Positions 48,360 to 58,544 of a stretch of 64,000 bases of DNA are shown here, one piece after another (the first letter of the stretch is position 1; each line of letters opens with the position of its first letter). Source of the stretch: a virus (Duplodnaviria; Caudoviricetes); IMG/VR virus record IMGVR_UViG_3300032007_000010; one strand, given 5' to 3'. A program made the translations under genes and the position numbers. A model generated the notes under the pieces. It was not told the DNA's origin. It was given only the letters and a program-made list of their open reading frames with translations, and ran no database searches.

Positions 48360-48545
48360 ATGTCAAAGAAGAAATCACAGCTAGATGAGCTGGAGCATAT
48401 GGTCGACGATCACCTCGGCAAGCGATCACTCCTGACCAAACTTCGCATTCGATACAACGCGCACCGTCTCGAACTCGCTGCGCGCAAAGGTCAGAAAGCC
48501 TTCTACGAAGAGCTTCGTCGCACCATCCACGGAACCAAACGATGA
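48360..48545 (+). CDS. Small basic hypothetical protein
   Basis: MSKKKSQ after GGAGG; hairpin 48567-48589 downstream. Confidence 0.7.
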   Translation: MSKKKSQLDELEHMVDDHLGKRSLLTKLRIRYNAHRLELAARKGQKAFYEELRRTIHGTKR

Positions 48546-48685
48546 GCCTGATAAGTGTTATTACACGGAGGAGCTTTCTGAGCTCCTCCAATCGCTTTTC
48601 TTTTTCTAGCAGCGTTGATACATTAGTATATTGAAACGAGAAGATGATATGATAGAATAAGGAAAAGAGAAAAGGAGATGATGAT

Positions 48686-50698
48686 TTGGTTGCACAGAAG
48701 AACGTGTTTAAGCATACGTGGATTTCGAGGATGACCGAGGCGATGACCATGACACATCCCGAGTTGGATGTGTCAGAGGTCGAGGCTATCGTGGTCAAGA
48801 TCTTCGATGCCCGTTTTCATGATACCGAGGTTAGCATCTATAACAACTATGAGAACACGGTCGCATCCATGACCCTCGCATCCACCATCGACTGGATCAC
48901 CACGAACAAACCGCTCATCGCTGAGTCGGGGGTTTTCTTCTACCCAAAGGACAAGAAACGAAACATCAATGTTGAGATTATTAAGGACGATATGCTCGAT
49001 GTGCGCACCATCCACAAGGCGGAGAAATTCCAGGCCATGGAAGCCGGAGATGAGATCCTCGCCGCCGTGAAGGATCTTCAACAGGGCAACGATAAGAAGG
49101 CCGCAAACTCGGGCTATGGCGCAGAAGGTGAGTCGAGTTCGTTCCTCTACAACATTCATTCGGCATCGTCGGTTACGTCCTGTGGTCGTGGTCAAATATC
49201 CACGGCCTGTCAATGCTTCGAAAATCTGCTCGAGGATAACGTGAAGTTCTTCCATATGACCGAATTCTTCACCTTCGTGCACAATGTCATCGCCGAAGCT
49301 CCCGATTGGCGCTTCGATACCTTTGATATTGTTCCGAAGATTCCATCGAGAACAAAGTTCATCAACAGATTCCTCGGAAAGTTTGGACACGAATCACTCT
49401 ACGACGAAGAGCAGATCGGACAGGTCTACGATTATCTCGATGATGAACAACGTGTCAGAGTGTATTACAAGGCTAACATACGAGAATTTCTCGCATTGCG
49501 CAAACCGAGCCAACTCTTTTCGGACATCGCATGTACCAAGGTTGAGTTCATTGACCCGAACAAGATCCCGAACGAACTGCGACCTATGGTGGATCAGCTC
49601 ACGGACTGGGTCATGGAATTTGTGAATTGCCGTTTCGGCGTATTTCGTTACGAAGATAGAACCAGGTATCAGAAGCGAAAATGCACCATCGTTATTGACA
49701 CAGACTCCAATTTCGTTTCATATGGACCCCTCTATGGATACCTAACAAATGGTGTTCTCGAAGGTCTTCTGTTCAGAACGAAGAAAGAGGCTGAAGACTA
49801 TAAGCTTCGGGTGCTAAATGTCTTGAGCAACTTCACCACCGTGGCAATTACCCAGAGACTGTGGGACTACTGCGGCACAGTTAACATCGCCGAGGAAGAC
49901 CGCAAGCATGTGAACATGAAGAACGAGTTCTACTACAGTCGCGTGATTGTCACCCATGCAAAAAAGTCCTATGTTGGACTCCAGAAGCGACAGGAAAAGG
50001 TCGTATTCACCGAACCGAAGCTGGATGTCAAGGGCGTTAACTTCTTCAAGAGCACGACGGCGGAAGCAACATCTAAGTTCATCTACGATGATGTGCTCAT
50101 GGGCCAGCTTTTGACCCCCGCAGATGGAAAGGTTTCACTGCGGCGCACCTACCAGACCATCTATGACTTTGAACAGCGCATGAAGCGCGAGATATCGAAC
50201 GGTGATCTTGGCTATACGAAGCGTTCGATCCGTGTAAAGACTCCGGACGGCTATGCGAATCCTTTGAGGATCGGACAATACAAGGCCGTGTACATCTGGA
50301 ATCAGCTTGTTCCGGACAAGGATAGGATCGATCTCCCAGCCACCGTGACCATCGTCAAGGTTCAGATGAGAAATAAGCAGGATGCGGCGGCTCTGGAACA
50401 GTGGCCGGATATCTATGAGAAGATGTTGAAGCTCTTCGATGAAAATGATGAAGTCGGAGATGTGATCGACCAGGATACCGGCAAACTCAAGAAGGGCAAA
50501 GGCATCAAGGCCATCGCAATGCCGTCGGAGCTCGATGAAATGCCGGACTGGCTCAAGGCTATCATCGACGTCACATCGCTGGCGGCTGATAACATGAGAC
50601 TGCTTACTCAGCTATTCCTCCCTCTCGGCCTTGCCAAATCCACCACGAGCCACAACAGCGCATCAATTCCGATGTACACAAACATAGTGCGAATATGA
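48686..50698 (+). CDS. Family B DNA polymerase, fingers/palm/thumb portion (split type)
   Basis: KKAANSGYG (motif B), VIDTDS (motif C), KKSY, LDVKGV; no recognisable exonuclease or DxxSLYP motif. Confidence 0.85.
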   Translation: MVAQKNVFKHTWISRMTEAMTMTHPELDVSEVEAIVVKIFDARFHDTEVSIYNNYENTVASMTLASTIDWITTNKPLIAESGVFFYPKDKKRNINVEIIKDDMLDVRTIHKAEKFQAMEAGDEILAAVKDLQQGNDKKAANSGYGAEGESSSFLYNIHSASSVTSCGRGQISTACQCFENLLEDNVKFFHMTEFFTFVHNVIAEAPDWRFDTFDIVPKIPSRTKFINRFLGKFGHESLYDEEQIGQVYDYLDDEQRVRVYYKANIREFLALRKPSQLFSDIACTKVEFIDPNKIPNELRPMVDQLTDWVMEFVNCRFGVFRYEDRTRYQKRKCTIVIDTDSNFVSYGPLYGYLTNGVLEGLLFRTKKEAEDYKLRVLNVLSNFTTVAITQRLWDYCGTVNIAEEDRKHVNMKNEFYYSRVIVTHAKKSYVGLQKRQEKVVFTEPKLDVKGVNFFKSTTAEATSKFIYDDVLMGQLLTPADGKVSLRRTYQTIYDFEQRMKREISNGDLGYTKRSIRVKTPDGYANPLRIGQYKAVYIWNQLVPDKDRIDLPATVTIVKVQMRNKQDAAALEQWPDIYEKMLKLFDENDEVGDVIDQDTGKLKKGKGIKAIAMPSELDEMPDWLKAIIDVTSLAADNMRLLTQLFLPLGLAKSTTSHNSASIPMYTNIVRI

Positions 50699-50717
50699 AC
50701 AAGGAGGAGAAAGATCA

Positions 50718-51500
50718 ATGGATCTCGCAGCACGGAAGAGCAAGATGATCGAACTGATCAAGGAGCCCATCACCTTCAACATCCTCGACGGAGTAACCAG
50801 GATTCCCACCGAGACCTCTACCGAACCGCCGCTCAAGAACCCCATGCCGGTCATCTGCATCATCAACGGCGCGGGTGGAAACGGCAAAGATACCTTCGTC
50901 GATTCGGTCGGTCGCAGTGTTGCGGCCTTCAACATCAGCTCCGTTGATGTGGTCAGGCACATCGACGAGGACCTTGACAAGTATCTCGGCGACGTCATCG
51001 ATCAGATGACCATCAATCCCGTCGAAGAACGCAAGAAGAAGAGTAATCTCTATCGGAAGTTCCTCAGCGACGTCAAGCGGGCCTGGGAGGACTACTGCGA
51101 CGGCCCCACCTGGTCGATGATCAACAGCATCGACTATCTGTTCCGTCGACAGATGCGCGGATACGAAAGACATGACCTCATCTTTCTGCACATCCGCGAA
51201 CCGCGCAACATCGACAAGATGAAGGCCCTCGTGGAGGAACGCTACGGCGCCATCTGTCTGACGCTCATCGTCTCCGGTCTCGTGGACCCAAAGTTCTACG
51301 ACAACGACTCGGATCGCTTTGTGGAAAACTATGAATATGATCTGCGTGTGGTTAACACGCCGGCGGATCTGAACGGGTTCCGTGAACGCGCGGCGCTGTT
51401 CGGCGAACGGATTCATCAGATTAACTCGATCCACGGCGTCGAACTCGTCGACGATCCGGAAGGAACCGAGGATCTTCCCGAACAGTCGGATGAGATGTGA
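50718..51500 (+). CDS. P-loop kinase (dNMP kinase-like)
   Basis: IINGAGGNGKDT, FLHIREP. Confidence 0.7.
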   Translation: MDLAARKSKMIELIKEPITFNILDGVTRIPTETSTEPPLKNPMPVICIINGAGGNGKDTFVDSVGRSVAAFNISSVDVVRHIDEDLDKYLGDVIDQMTINPVEERKKKSNLYRKFLSDVKRAWEDYCDGPTWSMINSIDYLFRRQMRGYERHDLIFLHIREPRNIDKMKALVEERYGAICLTLIVSGLVDPKFYDNDSDRFVENYEYDLRVVNTPADLNGFRERAALFGERIHQINSIHGVELVDDPEGTEDLPEQSDEM

Positions 51501-51556
51501 AATGAAGTGAAGCGCAACATAACCATGAATACACAAAGAAAGGTTGGTTAATTACT

Positions 51557-52588
51557 ATGCCGTATCAGAACAATGGAGCCCCTCGCTACAACAATGGTCC
51601 TCGCGCCGGTGGTGGCTATGGCAACCGCGGCGGTTGGGGTGGAAATCGTCCCCAGACCGGTGGAACGACGACCGGCACCCAGGCTCGTGGACGCAACATC
51701 AACGATGTGAGCACCGACGGTGCGCTCCTCTTCAATGACGAGGTTGGGAAGTTCCTGCGCACACGCTTCTGGAATCGATACATGAGCATTGACATCGGCA
51801 CCTTCGCTCCCGGAACTCCGATCGACGGGAATCTCATGCGCAATGCGCAGACCTTCGGCGGCACCTTCGGATTCTCGACGCTCTACGAGCTCTACGAGAT
51901 CTGCGAAGAGATCAAGGAAAGCATCAAGCAGACAAACCAGTTCGAGTCCACCGCCATCGAGGGTAACCAGAAGAAGGATACCATCGTGGAGATCTCCAAC
52001 GGATCCAACATCAACATGCCCGCTGGCATCTACCTGGTCATCTACAAGTCCGTTGATGCGGGCAAGCGCACGAACCAGCTGGACTTCTATCCCTTCGGCT
52101 CCACCAAAGTCATGCGCAACTATGATCACAACACCGGATCTTCCAAGGAGGATGTGAAGCTCACCTCCGAATTCAAGAAGTTCACCATGATGCTCAAGGA
52201 GGCCGTGAAGGGTTTCACCATGGCCCAGGCGCATGCGGCCAAGGAAGCATCCAAGCAGGACAAGAACTCCTCCATCGCCATGCTCACCGCGATATCCGCA
52301 TCGCTCGGCGTGGATGTGACCCAGGCCGTTGCAGCCGCCACGAGCTATGGCAATCGCACCACCGGCCAGAGCAGCTACCAGCGTCAGGGTGGATCCGGTG
52401 GCGGCTTCCAGCGCAGCTCCCAGCCTGGGCAGTGGAGCAACTACGGACACTCCCAGAACGCCTCTGCTCCGACGCAGAATGGTTTCCAGGGTGCCCAGCA
52501 GGCACCGACGCCCACCACCAACGAACCCGTCGATATCATGATCGACGCAAACACGCTGCAGCACGTGACCATGGAGGATTTCAAGTGA
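51557..52588 (+). CDS. Probable single-stranded DNA-binding protein
   Basis: G/N/Q-rich disordered termini, acidic-hydrophobic tail (MEDFK), replication-gene context. Confidence 0.45.
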   Translation: MPYQNNGAPRYNNGPRAGGGYGNRGGWGGNRPQTGGTTTGTQARGRNINDVSTDGALLFNDEVGKFLRTRFWNRYMSIDIGTFAPGTPIDGNLMRNAQTFGGTFGFSTLYELYEICEEIKESIKQTNQFESTAIEGNQKKDTIVEISNGSNINMPAGIYLVIYKSVDAGKRTNQLDFYPFGSTKVMRNYDHNTGSSKEDVKLTSEFKKFTMMLKEAVKGFTMAQAHAAKEASKQDKNSSIAMLTAISASLGVDVTQAVAAATSYGNRTTGQSSYQRQGGSGGGFQRSSQPGQWSNYGHSQNASAPTQNGFQGAQQAPTPTTNEPVDIMIDANTLQHVTMEDFK

Positions 52589-52594
52589 TCCATC

Positions 52595-53377
52595 ATGGCA
52601 GAACAGAAATTCAATGCCACCCTTGACCACTACGGAAGCATGCTCGAGCGTGGTCACGTGCTCATCATCGACTATGATGTGACACGATACCACAGCTTCG
52701 ACATCTTTCGCTATCTGCTCCTCGACCATGACCGGATGATGGACTGCAATAGCTACTATCTGCCGATGATCGCCGCTCCAATGGTCGAGCAGCAGCTGGT
52801 CTACTACTACGATCACTGTCCCTTCCTCAATCCCTACGACAATTTCGTATCACAGCGAGACAGCCAGAGTCTGGATGCGATGGAGAAAAACATATCCGAC
52901 ATACTCGGTGAAAAATATGTTCCTGTCACCGAGACTCAGCTGGCTTCACAGTTCATGCATATCTTCGATCGCGATAACCTCGATGGATACATGCTTCGCT
53001 ATCGCAATGATCCGCATCATGTTCCCTGGGAATCGCGGCTCAAAAAGGTATATCAGAGTGACAGGATTCTCGACATGGCCATGGCCCGGCACATCATCAA
53101 GCGCAGGGGCATAAACCTTGTCATCACCTCGAGCATAGACATCGCCGTGATGCTTGCCCTGATCGTGCATCGTGACATTCCGGAACGAAGCATGTCGTTT
53201 CTGACCGGGTCATATCACTATAACATGGACGATAAGACCGGCATGCTGAAGAATCTTCCGGAGATAATGATGCTCGAACGTGCCGCAAAATACGATTTCG
53301 GCATCTTCCAACCCTTCGTTGGGCTGGATCAGATCCGTGACGAACTGGAGGAGAACTTCAAAGATGACCAACATTAG
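52595..53377 (+). CDS. Hypothetical protein
   Basis: 260 aa in operon. Confidence 0.75.
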   Translation: MAEQKFNATLDHYGSMLERGHVLIIDYDVTRYHSFDIFRYLLLDHDRMMDCNSYYLPMIAAPMVEQQLVYYYDHCPFLNPYDNFVSQRDSQSLDAMEKNISDILGEKYVPVTETQLASQFMHIFDRDNLDGYMLRYRNDPHHVPWESRLKKVYQSDRILDMAMARHIIKRRGINLVITSSIDIAVMLALIVHRDIPERSMSFLTGSYHYNMDDKTGMLKNLPEIMMLERAAKYDFGIFQPFVGLDQIRDELEENFKDDQH

Positions 53378-55211
53378 ATCCAACGCCATGCGTGGACCCT
53401 ACATGCGTGAGTTCGTGGACAAGACTATCCAGGAAATCCATGACAACCTGGTCACGGTTTTTGGACCCTACGCAACCGATGCGTATCTCACAAACCAGGG
53501 ACAACCATACTACACACGCGACGGCAAGGAAACCATCCGTCTCATGCAGTTTGACAACAAGCTGTCCATGTATATTCTCAAGATCATGTATCAGGCCGTG
53601 GCTCAACAGGGCGAAAAGGTTGGCGATGGTACCACCACGCTTGCGGTGCTCTACACCAACCTCTATCGCTACATTCGTAGCTATCTCGAGAGCAATCCCG
53701 GCAAGCGCATCGATCGCAATGACTGGAACCGGGTGATCGCTCGCGTCAACGAGAGAATTCGCAGCTCGTGCGTTGAGATGGACTACGAGAGGCTCAAGCA
53801 GATGCTCTTCACCTGCACCCAGGACGAAGAGCTCACGGCCAAGATCTACTGGAACCTTCGCGCCGCGATCATGGAGCACGCCTACATCACCATCGCCAAA
53901 TCCAACATCGCCGATGATTTTGTCATGACCGTGCACGAAACGCCGATGATTCGGGTCACGAAGCAGTTTTCAATCCTGCCAATCCACGATCGCGAAGAGC
54001 GCTGCGTGGTCTTGCACTGCAACGGCATGCTCGACATTGCCCACCCCGAGGTCATCCTTGATCTCATGAGCCGTGTGGACCGGATGGGAGACTCATTTGT
54101 TCCCAAGACGGTGATTCTGCTCTGCAACGGAGTCACCGATGCGACGCGCAGAACCCTCAAGGAAGTAAATCGATCGCTGCATGCGCTCAAGGGAGATGCT
54201 CCGCTGGATAAGTTCTTCTCCGAATACAACAACGTGGCGATCTATACGCTCACCGACTATCGGTCCTACGACCCCAAGATGGTCGAGGATATCTCCACGC
54301 TCATCACCGATGAGCAGGGCATCGGCGGTCTCGTGAATCAGCTGAGCTTCGAATCTCTGCTCCATCAGGCCCTCGGAAATCCTCAGAATCCCATCGAAGA
54401 ACTTCAGCGCTTCGACGCCGATCCACATCACATCGAAAAGCTCAAGGAGATCTTTTCCAATACGTTTCCCATCGAGTTCGATGAGATGCTGGGCATGAAG
54501 ATGCTCAAGACACCTGGCCCCGTGGCGCAGAATCGCTACGAGCAGCTTCGCAAAGAGATCGAAGAGGAAAAATCGGGTGTCAAACGCATCCAGCTCCAGG
54601 ATCGACTCCGCACCATGTATGGAAAGTTCATCGAGGTCGAGATCGGTTCCAACCTCATGAAGGATTCGCAGCGCAAGTACGAGCTCGTGCTCGACGCGGT
54701 GCTATCTTCTTCCGAGGCGGTGGAGCATGGCGTGCTTACTCATAACTCGATCCTCGAGGCCATCAGAAGCGTGATCCTCGATTGGACCGATCAGAGCAGC
54801 GACATCGACGAGCCGATCGAGGGTATTCTGGCGACGGCTCTCATGAAAACCTTCGAGGACATGCTGCGTAATCGTTGGTCGGATGTGGAGCTCGTCACCG
54901 AGGCTGACATGGTGACCGCAAAGGCTGCGGCCATCTTCGACACAAAGAATCTCGACAGCTTCAACCTGCGCACGGCGACGTCCTTCGATGAAATCATGAC
55001 AAACACCAATGAACCGGGTCCGGCACCCGTCGTGCACAGGCTCACCATCGGGAAGACCGACTCCGGTGATGATATCACCGTCGAATTCGAAGAACACATC
55101 GTCGAGCCGGTTTCCATCATCACCACCATGCTCGAGAATTCCACACTCATGCTCGAGCTGGCGCAGGCCAAAACCTTCCAGATCGATGATTTCATGGAAA
55201 ACTTCATATGA
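53364..55211 (+). CDS. Phage chaperonin (GroEL/Cpn60-like)
   Basis: TVFGPY, YTRDGKET, VGDGTTT, DAVLSS..AVEHGV, IVEPVS. Confidence 0.85.
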   Translation: MTNIRSNAMRGPYMREFVDKTIQEIHDNLVTVFGPYATDAYLTNQGQPYYTRDGKETIRLMQFDNKLSMYILKIMYQAVAQQGEKVGDGTTTLAVLYTNLYRYIRSYLESNPGKRIDRNDWNRVIARVNERIRSSCVEMDYERLKQMLFTCTQDEELTAKIYWNLRAAIMEHAYITIAKSNIADDFVMTVHETPMIRVTKQFSILPIHDREERCVVLHCNGMLDIAHPEVILDLMSRVDRMGDSFVPKTVILLCNGVTDATRRTLKEVNRSLHALKGDAPLDKFFSEYNNVAIYTLTDYRSYDPKMVEDISTLITDEQGIGGLVNQLSFESLLHQALGNPQNPIEELQRFDADPHHIEKLKEIFSNTFPIEFDEMLGMKMLKTPGPVAQNRYEQLRKEIEEEKSGVKRIQLQDRLRTMYGKFIEVEIGSNLMKDSQRKYELVLDAVLSSSEAVEHGVLTHNSILEAIRSVILDWTDQSSDIDEPIEGILATALMKTFEDMLRNRWSDVELVTEADMVTAKAAAIFDTKNLDSFNLRTATSFDEIMTNTNEPGPAPVVHRLTIGKTDSGDDITVEFEEHIVEPVSIITTMLENSTLMLELAQAKTFQIDDFMENFI

Positions 55212-55222
55212 GACTCAATGCC

Positions 55223-55253
55223 AACGAGGGGTTCCGTCACGGAACCCCTTGTT
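55223..55253 (+). terminator. Hairpin/terminator
   Basis: AACGAGGGGTTCCG/CGGAACCCCTTGTT. Confidence 0.65.
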
Positions 55254-55279
55254 AGATTCTAACACGAGGAGAGATAACA

Positions 55280-55879
55280 ATGACAGATGAGCAATCTATG
55301 TCCAGTTCCCAGTACGAGAGCATCAGCACCGGTTCGCCTGTGTCATATGATCATGAGTCGACAACGGTGAAGGATTGTGCCATCGACAAGTTTACCGGCG
55401 ACGAGTTTGCCGTTGATCAGTTTAGACTCTTCCCATCTTCGCTGACAAAAGTCTCTGCCACCCTGTGCAATGGTGATATGATCATCGATGCGAACAACAA
55501 CGTATACATGCTCGTATCCGTCGAACATTGCCAGGATGATTTTGATGATGAGTCGATGAAGGTTTACCGGCTGCGCTGTTCGAAGGAAGAGATCCTCGCC
55601 AATGCCGCCGAAGAAGCCGCGGAGCTTGCCCAGGCGCTCAGCAAGCTCCGTCGGGCCCGCACACAGATCAGTCCAACTCCGATCACACCGGAAGAAGCTC
55701 TGGAACAAGTATACAAGGAGCTTGCCGATGTTCGGCTCGATCTCCTTGCCTATGGCATTGACTGGAACACTCGTGACACCCGCGATCATCTTGACAGGAT
55801 CGTGGATGAAACATTGAAAAGAACCGCCGCACGAATCTGCGATAGATTAAAGCTTGAGGAGGAACTGCGCAATGGCTAA
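55280..55879 (+). CDS. Protein with MazG-like all-alpha NTP pyrophosphatase domain
   Basis: AEEAAELAQALSKLRR...KELADV. Confidence 0.65.
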   Translation: MTDEQSMSSSQYESISTGSPVSYDHESTTVKDCAIDKFTGDEFAVDQFRLFPSSLTKVSATLCNGDMIIDANNNVYMLVSVEHCQDDFDDESMKVYRLRCSKEEILANAAEEAAELAQALSKLRRARTQISPTPITPEEALEQVYKELADVRLDLLAYGIDWNTRDTRDHLDRIVDETLKRTAARICDRLKLEEELRNG

Positions 55880-56249
55880 TCAAACCGCACGGAAGCTTGA
55901 TTGTATCCAGGAAGAGCATCGACTCAACGATGTGTACCGCATGGACGATGCCGGTCCTGGCAATGCCCATCACAGATACATCGTATCACCGATAACCCAT
56001 CCAATCGTTACCCTTGCAACCATCGATTTCCAGAATGGCCCGCGCAACGATCCTGCGAGCCAGGCCGGCGTGCTTGACGGAGATCTCCTCGAGATCGTCC
56101 GTGATCGACTCCGTTCCTTCCAATCCGGGCCATTCGCCTGTGACGAGAATGAACAGGCTCTCTATCATGTGGAGGCGGCCCTGCTTGCGCTGCGAGATCG
56201 GGCTTATGCACGTGCGAAACGTGGGGTGCTTGGAACCTATGAAAAATGA
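55872..56249 (+). CDS. tad1: Tad1-family anti-defence sponge protein
   Basis: IQ....LN.V, GPGNAHHRY, IDFQNGPR, SQAGVLDGDLLEIVRDRLRSFQSGPF...ENEQAL.HVE.AL, RGVLGT match the Tad1 sequence as I recall it. Confidence 0.88.
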   Translation: MANQTARKLDCIQEEHRLNDVYRMDDAGPGNAHHRYIVSPITHPIVTLATIDFQNGPRNDPASQAGVLDGDLLEIVRDRLRSFQSGPFACDENEQALYHVEAALLALRDRAYARAKRGVLGTYEK

Positions 56250-56409
56250 AAATGGATTGACCGAGGAACACACCTTCCTCGTCACGGTAAAGGGTGCACA
56301 GGGTATGCTCACGACCATTCCGGTGCAGGCTGTCTCCGAAAGTCATGCACGCCATGTGGTATATGTGACATTTGGTATGGTTGATATCATATCCATAGTG
56401 GAGACATGA
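56239..56409 (+). CDS. Small hypothetical protein
   Basis: MKNENGL..., overlapping/coupled to neighbours. Confidence 0.55.
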   Translation: MKNENGLTEEHTFLVTVKGAQGMLTTIPVQAVSESHARHVVYVTFGMVDIISIVET

Positions 56410-56621
56410 CGATGGCAGAACTCTGTCGACATAAGCTGTGCTACGAAGATCCGATCAAGAAAATCAACTACTTCACCTATCTAGATGGACCGGAGGGCGA
56501 CAACGACCATCTCATAGATATGCTATGTCATAGCTGCTCCGGCGTAAAACCCGAATGGGTCACATCGATAGAGATCGTGAAGCGATATGGAATGGAGGTT
56601 TCCTCCCATGACAAAGGTTAG
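56406..56621 (+). CDS. Small hypothetical protein
   Basis: 71 aa, ATGA overlap. Confidence 0.65.
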   Translation: MTMAELCRHKLCYEDPIKKINYFTYLDGPEGDNDHLIDMLCHSCSGVKPEWVTSIEIVKRYGMEVSSHDKG

Positions 56622-56862
56622 CAAGGTGGCACCCAAGAGCGGCGACGCATATCGTTTCAAGTATCACTCCACGCTCAAGGGCTACGAAAAACCCCACTAC
56701 ATCTACATATATGGATGCACCGACGAGGAATCGGCGAAGGAGATATTCTACTCGGAACTGCCTCCTGGCATGGAGATCGACAAGATCATCATCGACGAGA
56801 TTCGTTGGATCAATAAGATCCCGACGAAGAAGTCCAACCCTTCCAAGAAAAAGAAGAAGTAG
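56608..56862 (+). CDS. Small hypothetical protein
   Basis: MTKVSK after GGAGG. Confidence 0.7.
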   Translation: MTKVSKVAPKSGDAYRFKYHSTLKGYEKPHYIYIYGCTDEESAKEIFYSELPPGMEIDKIIIDEIRWINKIPTKKSNPSKKKKK

Positions 56863-57411
56863 GCGTTTTATTTTTCTACAACAGATGCTACAATAATATA
56901 ATCCACGGATCATGGGCATATGGATCCATGGATAGGGGAAGACGCATAAATAAGATGTCTCAATAAGCGGCACGGAGTCGTGAGGGACCACCGCTCGTGG
57001 TGCAAAGGAGACGCTACCTCCGACGCGAGTCTATTGTAAAGATTAAAACGCAGGTCACGGATCATTTGTCAACGAGTTTCTTCCCCGGTTGATCGACAGC
57101 CGATCGGTCTTCATCCTCCTTATCTCGCTGACTATCTTCGACCATCTTTGCCTGTTGCGCCAGGCACGGTATCATCGGGCATCACACATACCTTCTCCAT
57201 ACCACAGCACCTGCTCTTTCAAATCCGGGCGGTGACTTGGGGAAGCCGAGTAGCGTAGGGATGCCGAGGGATGCTGCCGTATTACCAGGATCGATGGATG
57301 GTATGGTGATCTTTTGATCAAATGGGCAGAGCAAGGACATAACCCTTAGCGTCTGTCGAGTAGATCCTGATAGTATTGGCTCCCAGTCTATGATAGAGGT
57401 GAATTCCAGCT

Positions 57412-57636
57412 ATGTTCAAGGTTAGATTAACAAGAACAACACGTCGTGGCAAGGATATTGATTTTGATAAGAGGTTCAATGACATCGACGAATTCGTGAC
57501 ATTCATGTTTGCACATCACGGCAAGATCTTTATGACGGATAAGAATTGCCGCATGCTTTCGAAGAATGACCGGTATGCGGTATTTCAGAAGACGATGCGC
57601 ATCTACAGAAAAGGTCACGCATTTCCCAATATTTGA
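57412..57636 (+). CDS. Small hypothetical protein
   Basis: 74 aa, GAGGTG RBS. Confidence 0.65.
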   Translation: MFKVRLTRTTRRGKDIDFDKRFNDIDEFVTFMFAHHGKIFMTDKNCRMLSKNDRYAVFQKTMRIYRKGHAFPNI

Positions 57637-57642
57637 CCTTTC

Positions 57643-58485
57643 ATGAACAAAGTGGTGCCCAGACGGGCACCACCATTCTTCGGTAAAGGAGTGATCATCG
57701 TGCTCGTGAGCAAATGGTTCGAGGATGGTATCTCGATTAGACCCGGATCGGTTAGGCTTCCGATAAGGGGTCTCGTCGAGGATTATCGGAGACGCTATAT
57801 GGAGCTGACCAAGAGCTCGCGCTTTCATGTGCAGATCTACAACATCTCCGGAACCACCTATCTGCATGTGAAGGTGCCGTCCGAGACAGTGAAGAATGTC
57901 CACTATGATGTGGTGCTGGAGCTGCTACGCAGGGGAGAAGATATCCAGGGTTCCGAGGTTCGCGTCTTCTCCAATTCTCCGGCATTCATATACTACTATG
58001 CATATGCGCTCTATCATTATGGGGAAGATATAACCCAGAGACGGACAATATTCAATCGTCGACGTCCTCCGGTGAACTGTCAGCTCATCCCGCTGCTGCT
58101 CGAGCATCTACCGGATGCGGCGCTCACAGATCCTCCGGAGGTGAGGAACCCCGCACAGATTCCTCTTCCGGACAAGAGCATCTACTTCGCGATCTTTTAT
58201 CTGATGAGTTTGAATCCGGCCCTGATCGCACAGGGGGGCCAACACATCACCGAAGCTCAGCTCAAGAGCTCGGTGATGGTCTTTGACAAGCTCTTGGATA
58301 TGCGCAGGCGCGAGGAAAACAAACAGAGGGCCGAAAAGGCTCGCAGACGCGCCGAGGACGAAGCAAAAATAGAGAAACCGCAGGTTCGGAGGCCCCGCTC
58401 CGCGGTCCATGCGGTGAAGCCCAGGTCGGCGATCAAGGCCGTCAAACCCACGGCCGCACAAAAACCGACAAAACCCGGAAAATGA
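57643..58485 (+). CDS. Hypothetical protein with basic C-terminal tail
   Basis: Up to 280 aa; start uncertain (AAGGAG near 57685); AVKPRS/AIKAVKP repeats. Confidence 0.7.
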   Translation: MNKVVPRRAPPFFGKGVIIVLVSKWFEDGISIRPGSVRLPIRGLVEDYRRRYMELTKSSRFHVQIYNISGTTYLHVKVPSETVKNVHYDVVLELLRRGEDIQGSEVRVFSNSPAFIYYYAYALYHYGEDITQRRTIFNRRRPPVNCQLIPLLLEHLPDAALTDPPEVRNPAQIPLPDKSIYFAIFYLMSLNPALIAQGGQHITEAQLKSSVMVFDKLLDMRRREENKQRAEKARRRAEDEAKIEKPQVRRPRSAVHAVKPRSAIKAVKPTAAQKPTKPGK

Positions 58486-58492
58486 ATTCGTC

Positions 58493-58503
58493 TATATACT
58501 ATA
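58493..58503 (+). promoter_or_regulatory. Putative early/middle promoter
   Basis: TATATACTATA. Confidence 0.6.
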
Positions 58504-58544
58504 GGTAGGATCAATGAATAGTTGGGGAGGTCAGTTAATCCATC

